Below are positions 25,651 through 34,957 of a stretch of DNA of 44,003 nucleotides, one piece after another. Source of the stretch: an uncultured Opitutia bacterium (GTDB taxonomy: Bacteria > Verrucomicrobiota > Verrucomicrobiia > Opitutales > UBA953); assembly GCA_903882335.1 (NCBI GenBank), contig CAIRWP010000131.1, positions 1 to 44,003 of the forward strand. Direction: 5' to 3'. Each line of letters opens with the position of its first letter. The first letter of the stretch is position 1. A program made the translations under genes and the position numbers. The notes beneath the pieces are model-generated. The model was not told where the DNA came from, did not search any database, and saw only the letters and a list, made by a program, of their open reading frames with translations.

Positions 25651-26718
25651 ATGTATCACAACACGGACGACCTGCGTATCCGCACCCAACTCCCGCTCCT
25701 GTCCCCGGCGGTGGTGCTGCATGAGCTGCGTCCGTCCGAACGGGCCACCGAGGTGGTCGCCCAGGCCCGCAAGGAGGCCGCCCGCATCCTCGCCGGACAG
25801 GATGACCGCCTCCTGGTCATCGTCGGTCCGTGCTCGGTCCACGACCCCAAGGCCGCCAAGGAGTACGCTGCCCTCCTCGGGCAGGAAGCCCGGAAGCATG
25901 CCGCCGACCTCCTGGTGGTCATGCGCGTCTATTTCGAGAAGCCTCGCACCACCGTGGGCTGGAAGGGCCTCATCAACGACCCCGAGGTCGACGGCTCCTT
26001 CAAGATCAACGACGGCCTCCGCCTGGCCCGCCGCCTGCTGGCCGACATCGCCGACGCTGGCCTGCCCGCCGCCACCGAATTCCTCGACCCGATCACCCCG
26101 CAGTACCTCGCCGACCTCGTGGCCTACGGCGCCATCGGCGCCCGCACGACCGAAAGCCAGATCCACCGCGAGCTCGCCTCGGGCCTGTCCATGCCGGTCG
26201 GCTTCAAGAACGGGACCGACGGCTCCGTGCAGGTCGCCGTCGACGCCTGCCTCTCGGCCCGTTCCTCGCATTGGTTCCCGTCCGTCACCAAGGATGGCGT
26301 GGTGGCGATCTTCCAGACGGCCGGCAACCCCGACGCGCACGTCATCCTGCGCGGCTCGAGCAAGGGACCCAACTACGGCGCCGAAGGGGTCGCCGACGCG
26401 GCCACGCGCATCCAGAAGGCCGGGCTCACCTCCCGGATCGTCGTCGACTGCTCCCATGGCAACAGCTCGAAGGACCATCGCCGCCAGCCGCTGGTCGCGG
26501 CCGACGTCGCCGCGCAGGTCGCCGCCGGCGCCGCCGCCATCGGTGGGGTGATGATCGAGAGCCACCTCGTCGAAGGCCGCCAGGACTGGAAGGGGCGCGA
26601 CGCCTCGACCTACGGCTGCAGCATCACCGACGCCTGCATCTCCTTCGCCCAGACCATCCCGGTGCTGGACGGGCTCGCCGCCGCCGCCCGCTCCCGCCGC
26701 GCCCTCGTCAAAGCCTGA
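25651..26718 (+). CDS. aroG: 3-deoxy-7-phosphoheptulonate (DAHP) synthase, class I
   Basis: The ATG at 25651 gives MYHNTDDLRI... Motifs IVGPCSVHD, RVYFEKPRTTVGWKGLINDP and VDCSHGNS are typical of AroF/G/H-type enzymes. Isozyme specificity is not assignable. Confidence 0.9.
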   Translation: MYHNTDDLRIRTQLPLLSPAVVLHELRPSERATEVVAQARKEAARILAGQDDRLLVIVGPCSVHDPKAAKEYAALLGQEARKHAADLLVVMRVYFEKPRTTVGWKGLINDPEVDGSFKINDGLRLARRLLADIADAGLPAATEFLDPITPQYLADLVAYGAIGARTTESQIHRELASGLSMPVGFKNGTDGSVQVAVDACLSARSSHWFPSVTKDGVVAIFQTAGNPDAHVILRGSSKGPNYGAEGVADAATRIQKAGLTSRIVVDCSHGNSSKDHRRQPLVAADVAAQVAAGAAAIGGVMIESHLVEGRQDWKGRDASTYGCSITDACISFAQTIPVLDGLAAAARSRRALVKA

Positions 26719-26728
26719 ACCTTCCGCC

Positions 26729-27211
26729 ATGAACTCCGTCCTCAAGCTCCTCCTCGAAGGGGAGGCCCTCGACACCCAGCAACTCGGCAAGATCCTCGGC
26801 CTCGGCGCCGACGCCGTGGAGCGCGAGCTGGCCGAGCTTCGCCGGCAGGGCGTGCTCCTGGGGATGCGTCCCGTGCTGAACCCCAGCTTCGAGGCCGAGC
26901 GCCGCGTGCGCGCGGTGATCGAGATCAAGATCCGCCCCGAGGGGATCGGCGGTTTCGACGGCATCGCCGAGCGCATCAGCTCCTTCGAGCAGGTCGAGAG
27001 CTGCTACCTCATGTCCGGCGGCTACGACCTCCTCGTCGTCGTCACGGCGGACAATCTCTACAAGGTCGCCGGGTTCGTCCACGAGCGGCTCGCGCGCATC
27101 GAGGGCGTCCAGGGCACCTCGACTCACTTCTTCCTCCGCGCCTACAAGAAGGATGGTTTCGTGGTGACCGCCGACGGCGTCCGCCGCGACCAGCCCTCGG
27201 TCAGCCCCTGA
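26729..27211 (+). CDS. Lrp/AsnC-family transcriptional regulator
   Basis: 160 aa. N-terminal HTH LDTQQLGKILGLGADAVERELAELRRQGVL and a C-terminal RAM-like domain. It starts 10 bp after aroG. Confidence 0.85.
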   Translation: MNSVLKLLLEGEALDTQQLGKILGLGADAVERELAELRRQGVLLGMRPVLNPSFEAERRVRAVIEIKIRPEGIGGFDGIAERISSFEQVESCYLMSGGYDLLVVVTADNLYKVAGFVHERLARIEGVQGTSTHFFLRAYKKDGFVVTADGVRRDQPSVSP

Positions 27212-27220
27212 GCCCCGACC

Positions 27221-28396
27221 ATGGACGAATCCGGCCGTTTTGTCGCGCGTCACGTCGCGTCCCTGCCCAAGTCGGGTATCCGGGACTTCTTCGCCATCGT
27301 CTCCAAGATGAAGGACGCCGTCTCGCTCGGCATCGGCGAGCCTGACTTCGTCACCCCGTTCCATATCCGCGAGGCGGCGATGAACGCTCTCGAGAAGGGC
27401 CGGACCTCCTACACCGACAACCGCGGCACGAGCCAGCTCCGCGAGGAGATCTCCCGCTACGTCGCGAAGAACTACGGGCCCGAGTATAACCCGGAGACCG
27501 AGATCCTCGCCACCATCGGCGTGTCCGAGGCGCTGGACATCATGCTGCGCGCCACGCTGAACCCGGGCGACAAGGTGCTCTACCATGAGCCCTGCTACGT
27601 GTCCTACGCCCCGAGCGTGACCCTCTGCCATGCCGAGGCCATCCCCGTGCGCACCACGTCCGCCGACCAGTTCGCCCTCGACCCGGCCGCGCTGCGCGCC
27701 GCCTGGCAGCCCGGTTGCAAGGTGCTCGTCATCAACTTCCCGACGAACCCGACCGGCGGCACCGCCGACCGCGCCAAGCTCCAGGAGATCGCCAAGTTCG
27801 CGATCGAGAAGGATCTGCTGGTCGCCTCGGATGAGATCTACTCCGAGCTGACGTTCGAGGGCGACCACGTCTCCATCGCGTCGCTCCCCGGCATGCGCGA
27901 GCGCACCGTTTTCCTGCACGGTTTCTCGAAGGCCTTCGCGATGACCGGTTTCCGTATCGGCTACGCCTGCGGTCCCGCCGCCGTCATCGACGGCATGCTC
28001 AAGGTGCACCAGTACGGCATCATGTGCGCCTCCATCATCAGCCAGGAGGCCGCCGTCGAGGCGCTGCGCAACGGTCGCGACTCGATGCTGCACATGCGCG
28101 ACAAGTACCGCGAGCGCCGCGACTTCATCGTCCGCCGGTTCAACGAGCTCGGGCTGCCTTGCCATCTCCCGCGCGGGGCGTTCTACGCTTTCCCGCAGGT
28201 CTCCGTCACGGGCCTCGATGCCATGACCTTCGCCCAGAAGCTCCTCGAGCAGCAGAAGGTCGCGATGGTGCCGGGGACCGCCTTCGGCGCCGCCGGCGCG
28301 GGTTTCTGCCGGGCCTCCTTCTCGACCAGCTACGAGCGCATCCACGAGGCCAGCGAGCGGATTGCCCGCTTTTTGGACACCATCCGCCGCGGTTGA
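27221..28396 (+). CDS. Class I/II PLP aminotransferase (aspartate/aromatic/alanine type)
   Basis: 391 aa. Motifs INFPTNPTG, DEIYSEL and the PLP-lysine motif GFSKAFAMTGFRIGY are present. It starts 9 bp after the Lrp gene. Confidence 0.9.
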   Translation: MDESGRFVARHVASLPKSGIRDFFAIVSKMKDAVSLGIGEPDFVTPFHIREAAMNALEKGRTSYTDNRGTSQLREEISRYVAKNYGPEYNPETEILATIGVSEALDIMLRATLNPGDKVLYHEPCYVSYAPSVTLCHAEAIPVRTTSADQFALDPAALRAAWQPGCKVLVINFPTNPTGGTADRAKLQEIAKFAIEKDLLVASDEIYSELTFEGDHVSIASLPGMRERTVFLHGFSKAFAMTGFRIGYACGPAAVIDGMLKVHQYGIMCASIISQEAAVEALRNGRDSMLHMRDKYRERRDFIVRRFNELGLPCHLPRGAFYAFPQVSVTGLDAMTFAQKLLEQQKVAMVPGTAFGAAGAGFCRASFSTSYERIHEASERIARFLDTIRRG

Positions 28397-28443
28397 GCGT
28401 CCTTGCTTGCTAGCGGGGCGTTCCCTCGCGACGCTGGGGGTTC

Positions 28444-30072
28444 ATGGAACGGAACACTGAGATCTCCCGTGCGGTAGCCATCGTGGGCCGTCCCAACGTC
28501 GGCAAGAGCCGGCTGTTCAATCGCCTGGTCGGCCGGCGCATCTCGATCGTGCACGACCAGCCCGGCGTCACGCGCGACCTGATCACGGCCGAGGTCGACG
28601 AAGGGCGCTATACCCTGATGGATACGGGTGGTATCGGCCTCTACAAGGCGGAGCTCACCCCGAAGGTCGTGGCCGACGCCGTCGAGGAGCAGGTCGGTTT
28701 CGCCCTCGCCGCCGCCGCCCTCGTCCTGCTGGTCGTCGATGCCACCGAAGGGTGCACCCCGCTCGACCTCGAGGTCGCGGCGCAGCTGCGCCAGGCCGGC
28801 AAACGGGTCGTCGTCGTCGCCAACAAGGCCGACACCGAGGAGCGCGACGGTCTCTACGGCGAGTTCTTCGCCCTGGGCTTCGGCGAACCGGTCCTGACCT
28901 CCGCGGAGCATGGCCGTGGAATCCCCCAACTGGTCGCCCGCATCGAGGCCGTCCTCGGTCCGGCCCCGCTGCCGGAACGCGACGACGGCCCCCGCGCCAT
29001 CCGCCTGGCCTTGGCGGGCCGGCCCAACGTCGGCAAGAGCTCGCTCGGCAACCGCCTGCTCGGCGGCTCCCGCCTGATCGTGAGCGAAATCGCCGGGACG
29101 ACCCGCGACCCGGTCCGTTCGCGGCTGTCCCGCGCCAAGGCCGACGGTTCCAAGGCTTCCTTCGTGTTGGTGGATACCGCGGGACGCCGCACCGCCAACA
29201 AGCGCGACACCCTCGATTTCTTTTCCCAGACCCGGGCCGATGAGATCCTCGCCGAGACCGACGTGGTGTTCCTGATCCTCGACGCGGGGCAGGGCGTGAC
29301 GCGCATCGATAAGCAGCTGGCGGGCGAACTCGCGCTGCTCGGCTGCGGTCTGGTCATCGTGGTCAACAAGTGGGACCTCGCGAAGCAGGCCTTCCGCGAG
29401 GAGAACATCGACGGCTTCGAGGACGAGGAGGAGTTCCGCGCGAAGTTCCGCACCGCGGTCCGCCGGGAGCTGTTCTTCCTGCCCGACCCGCCCTTGCTCT
29501 TCGTGTCCGCCAAGACCGGCCTGCGCGCCGAAGACATGCTCGACGCGGCCGAGGACGTCTTCCGCCGCGCCGGCACCGCCATCCCGACCGGCCGTATCAA
29601 CCGCGTAATCCAGGACCTCATGACGAAGCGCCCGCCCCGTATGGTCTCGGGCAAGCGCTTCAAGTGCTACTACGTGACGCAGGTCTCCAAGCGCCCGATC
29701 CGCTTCCGGCTGTTCTGCAACTCCGAGGAACGTCTGGAGGACGCCTACCAGCGTTTTCTCGTGAAGGGCGTGCACGAGGAGTTCGATCTCGCCGGCGTCC
29801 CGGTCTTCCTCGACATCGTCGGTAAGCCCAAGCAGCCCGGCCGGCGCGGGAGTGGCACGCCGCCTGGCGACAAGGAGGCCAGCCCCGTCGCCCCCGCCCC
29901 GGCCAAGCCCGCCGCGAAGGTCGTCGCCCGTCCGGCGCCGTCCGCCTCCAAGCCGCGCATCGGCAAGGTGCGCGTCTCTCGCGGTAAGGCCAAGCCGGTC
30001 AAGAAGGCTTACACCCGCTGGGATAAGCCGCGCTCCCTCAAGGGCCGCGCCGCCCGTCAGGCTCGGAAGTGA
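28444..30072 (+). CDS. der: Ribosome-associated GTPase Der (EngA) with basic C-terminal extension
   Basis: 542 aa. Two G domains (GRPNVGKSRLFN...DTGG and GRPNVGKSSLGN...DTAG...NKWD), a KH-like domain, and a Lys/Ala/Pro-rich tail. Confidence 0.9.
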   Translation: MERNTEISRAVAIVGRPNVGKSRLFNRLVGRRISIVHDQPGVTRDLITAEVDEGRYTLMDTGGIGLYKAELTPKVVADAVEEQVGFALAAAALVLLVVDATEGCTPLDLEVAAQLRQAGKRVVVVANKADTEERDGLYGEFFALGFGEPVLTSAEHGRGIPQLVARIEAVLGPAPLPERDDGPRAIRLALAGRPNVGKSSLGNRLLGGSRLIVSEIAGTTRDPVRSRLSRAKADGSKASFVLVDTAGRRTANKRDTLDFFSQTRADEILAETDVVFLILDAGQGVTRIDKQLAGELALLGCGLVIVVNKWDLAKQAFREENIDGFEDEEEFRAKFRTAVRRELFFLPDPPLLFVSAKTGLRAEDMLDAAEDVFRRAGTAIPTGRINRVIQDLMTKRPPRMVSGKRFKCYYVTQVSKRPIRFRLFCNSEERLEDAYQRFLVKGVHEEFDLAGVPVFLDIVGKPKQPGRRGSGTPPGDKEASPVAPAPAKPAAKVVARPAPSASKPRIGKVRVSRGKAKPVKKAYTRWDKPRSLKGRAARQARK

Positions 30073-30080
30073 CCCCCGCC

Positions 30081-31097
30081 ATGGCCCCCGCCGCCCCGAC
30101 GAACCCTCCGCGCCGTCTGGTGTTGCTCGGCTCCGACGAGATCGCGCTGCCCGCTTTCCGCGCGGTCGCCGCCTTGCCGGATGTCGTCATCGTGGCCGTG
30201 TACTCGCAGCCCGATCGCCCGGCGGGGCGCGGTCAGGAAATCCAGCCCAACCCGGTCACTGCCTGGGCTCGCGCGGCCGGCCATGTCGTCCGTCAGCCGG
30301 AACGCCTCGGACCCGAGCATGCCGCCGAGCTCGCGGCCGCGGGCGTCGACCTCGGCGTGGTCATGGCTTATGGGCAGATCCTGAAGGATGATTTCCTCGC
30401 CGCCCCGCTTCGCGGGCTCGTGAACTTCCATGGTTCGCCGTTGCCCGCTTTGCGCGGGGCGACGCCGATTGAAGGCGCGCTCGCGGCCGGTTGGACGACC
30501 ACCGGGGTCTCCTTGCAGCAGGTTGTCCGGCGCTTGGACGCCGGTCCTTTGCACGCGACGGCGACGCTGGCGATTCTTCCTGACGAAGGGCGCGCCGCCT
30601 TGCGCACCCGGTTGGGGGAGCTGGCCGGCCGGTTGGCCGCCACGGCGCTGCCCGAGATCCTGGCGGGCCGCTCGCTCCCGCGTCCGCAGGACGAGGCCGC
30701 CGCCACCTTCACACGTCGGCTGACGCGGGCGGATGCCGCCCTTGATTTCGGCGTCGCCGCCGAAACCCTCGCGGCGCGCATCCGCGCTCTCGAGGGCTGG
30801 CCCGGTTCCACCTTCGAGCATGCGGGTGTCGTCCTCAAGGTCGGCGCCGCCGCGGCGCAGGCCGGGGTCGTCGACGCCGCTCCCGGTTCGATCCTCTCGG
30901 CGGACCGGGGCGGGGTCCGGGTCGCCTGCGGCGACGGGGTGCTGGTGCTGAGCCGGCTGCAACGCCCGGGCGGTCGGATGTTACCCGTCGGCGAATTCCT
31001 GTCCGGTCATCCGCTGACGCTCGGCGAGGTGCTGACCTCGGTCGCCATGCCGCCCCTGGTCGGCGCGGTCCCTTTCCCGCGGTCGCCGAAGGCGTAA
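30081..31097 (+). CDS. fmt: Methionyl-tRNA formyltransferase
   Basis: The ATG at 30081 gives MAPAAPTNPPRRLVLLGSDEIALPAF... Motifs VAYGQILK and NFHGSPLPALRGATPIE are present. An alternative GTG at 30069 overlaps the der stop. Confidence 0.85.
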   Translation: MAPAAPTNPPRRLVLLGSDEIALPAFRAVAALPDVVIVAVYSQPDRPAGRGQEIQPNPVTAWARAAGHVVRQPERLGPEHAAELAAAGVDLGVVMAYGQILKDDFLAAPLRGLVNFHGSPLPALRGATPIEGALAAGWTTTGVSLQQVVRRLDAGPLHATATLAILPDEGRAALRTRLGELAGRLAATALPEILAGRSLPRPQDEAAATFTRRLTRADAALDFGVAAETLAARIRALEGWPGSTFEHAGVVLKVGAAAAQAGVVDAAPGSILSADRGGVRVACGDGVLVLSRLQRPGGRMLPVGEFLSGHPLTLGEVLTSVAMPPLVGAVPFPRSPKA

Positions 31098-31136
31098 GCG
31101 CTTGATTCGACGGCGGGATTTCGGTGTCATGATGCC

Positions 31137-33215
31137 ATGCGCGCTCTCCTCCTATCCTTGCTCCTGACGGCGGGGCTCGGCGCGCAATCGGCCCCGCCGA
31201 AGGAGATTAAGTTTCAGGACATCGGTGGCGGTTCCTTCGCCGGTTTCACGGAGGACGCCAAGGCCGAGAAAGCCTGGGAACTCTCCGCCGAGCGCATGAA
31301 GCCCACCGGGGAGGCGGGCACGTGGGACATGGAGAAGATCGAGCTGCGCTCGTTCCGCGACGGCAAGCTCCAGACCACCTTCACGACCCCTTTCGGGATC
31401 GCTACGCCCGAACGCAAGGCCGCCCAAGGGGCCGCTCCGGTCGTCGTCCGCTCGGCCGCGTTCAACTTGTCGGGTTTGGGCTGGAGCTGGCGCTCCACGC
31501 CGCAGGGTGACGCCTTTGCCATCCTCGCGGGGGTCGCCGCCGAACTCGACCTCGCCAAGCCGGTGCTGTATCGAACGCGCATCCGCGCGGAACGTCTCGA
31601 CGCCGCCACGGTCGAGCGCGGCACCCAGCTCACGTTCGTCGGCCAAGTCGTCGTCGACCGCCGCGACGAGCGGATGACCTGCGAGCGGGTGGTCTGTCTC
31701 GTCGAGGAAGGCCCGAAGGGCGAAGCCCTCTGCCGCTCCATCATCGCGCAGGGCAAGGTCGTCCGGATCGCCGGTCGCCAGACCTTGACCGGCGCCGCGG
31801 CGGATTATGATCTGCCCGCCGAACGTCTCCTGCTCACCGGTGGCGTCACCTTGACGGAGCCGGGCTTGCGCGCGACCGCGGGGAGCCTTCGTCATGAAGC
31901 CAAGCTCGATGTCACGACCCTCCAGTCGTCGGATGAGGCTCACCCGGTGAAACTGAATCTCTCCCGCCAGGACGAACCGGAGACCGAGCTAGCCGGACAG
32001 ACCGTGGTCTTGCGACGGGAGGCGAAGGCCGAACGCACCTTGGTCGAGTTGGCGGGGCGGGCGACGTACGTCGCCGGCAAGGATCGGCTCGAGGCTACCC
32101 GCCTGATCGCGACCGAAGCCAAGGGCGTCACCGTCGACCTGCGGGCTTCCGGCGGGGTGAAGGGGCGGGCGGACGACGCCGATTTCGATTCGGAAGAAGC
32201 GCGCTGGGAAAGGTCCGCGGGCGTGTTGCGCCTGCTCGGCCGACCGCACCTGCGCCAAGCCGATGGGTTTGAGGTCACCGGCGCCGCGATTTATTCGGAC
32301 CGTAAGCGTGAGCGCGTCGAGGTGCGATCCGCACCCGGCGTCCGCGCCGCCGTCCGGTTGCCCCCCGACGATACCCCAGGTGCGTTGCCCGGGCAGGCCG
32401 AGGCGGATCAGGTGGTGCTCACCGTACGGCAAGGGGTGGTCGAGGCCGACCTCGAAGGTGCCGTGCGCTATGTCTCCGGCCTCATGACGGCGCAGTCGGA
32501 TCGACTGGTCGCCTTCTCCAAGCCGTTCAAGACCGGCCATGTCCTCAGCAAGGTCTTCCTGACCGGCAAGGTGACCTATGTGCAGCCCGGTCTGGCGTGC
32601 GCGGCGGAACGTGTCGACTACGTGCCGAACGTCGCCATCGAGGAGGTTCTCCTCAAGGATCGTCTCACCGGTCGCCCCCGGCTGCTCAATCTTTCCGGCG
32701 GCGCGGAGTCCACGCGGCCGCGGCTCTTCGTCCAGTTCGCCGACGGCAAGAAGGCGGATTTCGTCGCCGACTCCCAGGAGATCCTGGCCGGCCCGGACGG
32801 GGCCAAGTTCTTCCTGCGGGGTAACGTGGGGATGAAGGCGGACGGCGTCGAGGCCACCTGCGACCTGCTCGAGGGCCTCGTGTCCCCGGACAAGAAGGGG
32901 CGGCTGGTCGCCCGTCTCATGGTCGGTCGCGGTAACGTCAACGCGCTCGCCGGGGACGCCGCCGCCCGGGGCCGGGTGCTCGAGGTCAAGCCCGAGGAAG
33001 GGTTGGCCCGTCTCACCGGCGATGCCCGTCTGCGGACCCGCGCCGGCATCGAGGGTGTCCCCGCCAAGGAAGTCATCTACGACTTCCGGACCAAGGGGTG
33101 GCGCATGGACTCCGCTTCCGACCAGGCGGCGCCCGACCAGGTCGTGCGCCCGAAGATCTTCCTGGGCGAGGACTTCACGTTGCCGGCGGTCAAAAGCCTC
33201 GACAACGGCCGTTGA
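31137..33215 (+). CDS. Large secreted protein with multiple OstA/LptA-like repeats (putative LPS transport bridge component)
   Basis: 692 aa. Signal peptide MRALLLSLLLTAGLGAQS. LptA-style strand motifs recur, e.g. LTFVGQVVV...CERVV, LLLTGGVTLTEPGLRATAGSL, VFLTGKVTYVQPGLACAAERVDY, FFLRGNVGMKADGVEATCDLL and ARLTGDARLRT. It lies directly upstream of lptB. Confidence 0.55.
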   Translation: MRALLLSLLLTAGLGAQSAPPKEIKFQDIGGGSFAGFTEDAKAEKAWELSAERMKPTGEAGTWDMEKIELRSFRDGKLQTTFTTPFGIATPERKAAQGAAPVVVRSAAFNLSGLGWSWRSTPQGDAFAILAGVAAELDLAKPVLYRTRIRAERLDAATVERGTQLTFVGQVVVDRRDERMTCERVVCLVEEGPKGEALCRSIIAQGKVVRIAGRQTLTGAAADYDLPAERLLLTGGVTLTEPGLRATAGSLRHEAKLDVTTLQSSDEAHPVKLNLSRQDEPETELAGQTVVLRREAKAERTLVELAGRATYVAGKDRLEATRLIATEAKGVTVDLRASGGVKGRADDADFDSEEARWERSAGVLRLLGRPHLRQADGFEVTGAAIYSDRKRERVEVRSAPGVRAAVRLPPDDTPGALPGQAEADQVVLTVRQGVVEADLEGAVRYVSGLMTAQSDRLVAFSKPFKTGHVLSKVFLTGKVTYVQPGLACAAERVDYVPNVAIEEVLLKDRLTGRPRLLNLSGGAESTRPRLFVQFADGKKADFVADSQEILAGPDGAKFFLRGNVGMKADGVEATCDLLEGLVSPDKKGRLVARLMVGRGNVNALAGDAAARGRVLEVKPEEGLARLTGDARLRTRAGIEGVPAKEVIYDFRTKGWRMDSASDQAAPDQVVRPKIFLGEDFTLPAVKSLDNGR

Positions 33216-33234
33216 GGCGGCCCTCCTTAACGTC

Positions 33235-33975
33235 ATGGCTTTAACCGGCGAACAGGGTCTGGTCCGCGTCGAATCGCTCGCCAAGCACTACGGCCCGAAG
33301 GTCGCGGTGATGGATGTCAGCCTGCGGCTGAAGGCCGGCGAAATCGTCGGCCTGCTGGGGCCCAACGGCGCCGGCAAGACCACCACTTTCTACATGGTCG
33401 TCGGCCTCGTGCCGTCCACCTCCGGGCGCGTCTTCCTCGATGGCCGCGACATCACCGCCATGCCCATGTGGCAGCGCGCCCGCGCCGGCCTCGGCTACCT
33501 CCCGCAGGAGGCGTCCATCTTCCGCAAGCTGACGGTCTGGGAGAATGTGATGGCCGTCGTCGAGACGCTGGACCTCGCCGCGCCCGCGCGCCGCGAGCGT
33601 ACCCAGCAGCAGCTGCACGACCTCGGTCTCGAGAAGCTGGCGAAGCAGCCGGCCTTCACCCTGTCCGGCGGCGAGCGTCGGCGGCTGGAGATCGCCCGCG
33701 CCTTGGCGACGAACCCGCGTTTCCTGCTGATGGACGAGCCCTTCAGCGGCGTCGATCCCATCTCGGTCGCCGAGGTCCAGGCCATCGTGCGCCGGCTCAA
33801 GGATCGCGGCATCGGCGTGCTGATCACCGACCACAACGTGCGCGAGACCCTCTCGATCGTCGACCGCGCCTACCTCATCCATCAGGGGAGGGTGCTCGTC
33901 TCGGGCACCCCGGCCGACATCGTGAACAACCCCGAGAGCCGTCGCTACTACCTCGGCGAAGGCTTCAAGCTCTGA
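33235..33975 (+). CDS. lptB: LPS export ABC transporter ATP-binding protein
   Basis: The ATG at 33235 gives [20 protein letters not shown]... Motifs [24 protein letters not shown] and [12 protein letters not shown] are present. The LptB-type C-terminus is [11 protein letters not shown]. Confidence 0.9.
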   Translation: MALTGEQGLVRVESLAKHYGPKVAVMDVSLRLKAGEIVGLLGPNGAGKTTTFYMVVGLVPSTSGRVFLDGRDITAMPMWQRARAGLGYLPQEASIFRKLTVWENVMAVVETLDLAAPARRERTQQQLHDLGLEKLAKQPAFTLSGGERRRLEIARALATNPRFLLMDEPFSGVDPISVAEVQAIVRRLKDRGIGVLITDHNVRETLSIVDRAYLIHQGRVLVSGTPADIVNNPESRRYYLGEGFKL

Positions 33976-33979
33976 ACTT

Positions 33980-34954
33980 ATGTCCGACCAAGCCCCCGAC
34001 ACCCGCCCGGAATCGGTCTCCGTCCGCGAGTTCTTCGACTCCTTTCGCGACATGCTCCAGATGGAGCTCTTGGCCGGGGAGGCCGGGCTCGACAACATGA
34101 TCGCGGAGAAGTCGCTGAACCGCCCGGCCCTCGCCGTGACCGGCTACTTCAAGGAGTTCGCCCATAAGCGCCTGCAGCTCTTCGGCGCGGGCGAGATGGC
34201 CTACCTCGGCGACCAGACGGCCGCGGTGCGCGAGAAGCTCCTCGACGATGTCTTCGCCAAGCGCATCCCCGCCGTCGTCGTCTCGCGCGGCCTGCCGGCC
34301 GATGACATCCTCGTGAAGCTCGCGGACCGCCATAAGGTCCCGCTCATCCGCACCCAGCTCAAGTCCAAGGACTTCTCGGCCGAGGCGACGGTGCTCCTGG
34401 AGGAGAAATTCGCCCCGCGGACCAACCTGCATGCCACGCTCGTCGACATCAAGGGCGTCGGCGTGCTGCTACGCGGCGCCTCCGGCGTCGGCAAGAGCGA
34501 GTGCGCCCTCGCCCTGATCGAGCGCGGCCATTCCCTGGTCGCGGACGACTTCGTGATCGTGACGCTCATCGGCGACCGCGAACTCCAGGGCAAGTCCAAG
34601 GAACTCAACCGCGGTTACATGGAGTGCCGCGGCATCGGCATCATCAACGTCGCCTCGATCTTCGGGATCCGTTCCGTCCGCCTCGAGAAGCGCGTCGACC
34701 TCGTCGTCACCTTCGTCCTGTGGCAGCCCGGCATGGACGAGGAACGCTCCGGCCTGGAGGTCGAGACCTACGAGATCCTCGGTCGCAAGGTGCCGCACAT
34801 GACCATCCCGGTCCGCCCGGGCCGCGACATGGCCCGACTCGTCGAGGTCGCCGCGATGGTGCAGGCGTTGCGCGGCATGGGGCATGACTCCGCCAAGGAA
34901 TTCAGCGACCGGCTGATCCAGCACATGGCCCGCGGGGACCAGGCGAAGGCCTGA
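33980..34954 (+). CDS. hprK: HPr kinase/phosphorylase
   Basis: 324 aa. P-loop and signature [25 protein letters not shown], followed by [10 protein letters not shown]. Confidence 0.9.
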   Translation: MSDQAPDTRPESVSVREFFDSFRDMLQMELLAGEAGLDNMIAEKSLNRPALAVTGYFKEFAHKRLQLFGAGEMAYLGDQTAAVREKLLDDVFAKRIPAVVVSRGLPADDILVKLADRHKVPLIRTQLKSKDFSAEATVLLEEKFAPRTNLHATLVDIKGVGVLLRGASGVGKSECALALIERGHSLVADDFVIVTLIGDRELQGKSKELNRGYMECRGIGIINVASIFGIRSVRLEKRVDLVVTFVLWQPGMDEERSGLEVETYEILGRKVPHMTIPVRPGRDMARLVEVAAMVQALRGMGHDSAKEFSDRLIQHMARGDQAKA

Positions 34955-34957
34955 CCT

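Noticed and set aside
26708-29775. Minus-strand ORFs 26708..28345 (545 aa) and 28330..29775 (481 aa).
   Set aside because: They are antisense to the Lrp regulator, aminotransferase and der genes. They have shadow-frame composition and no motifs.
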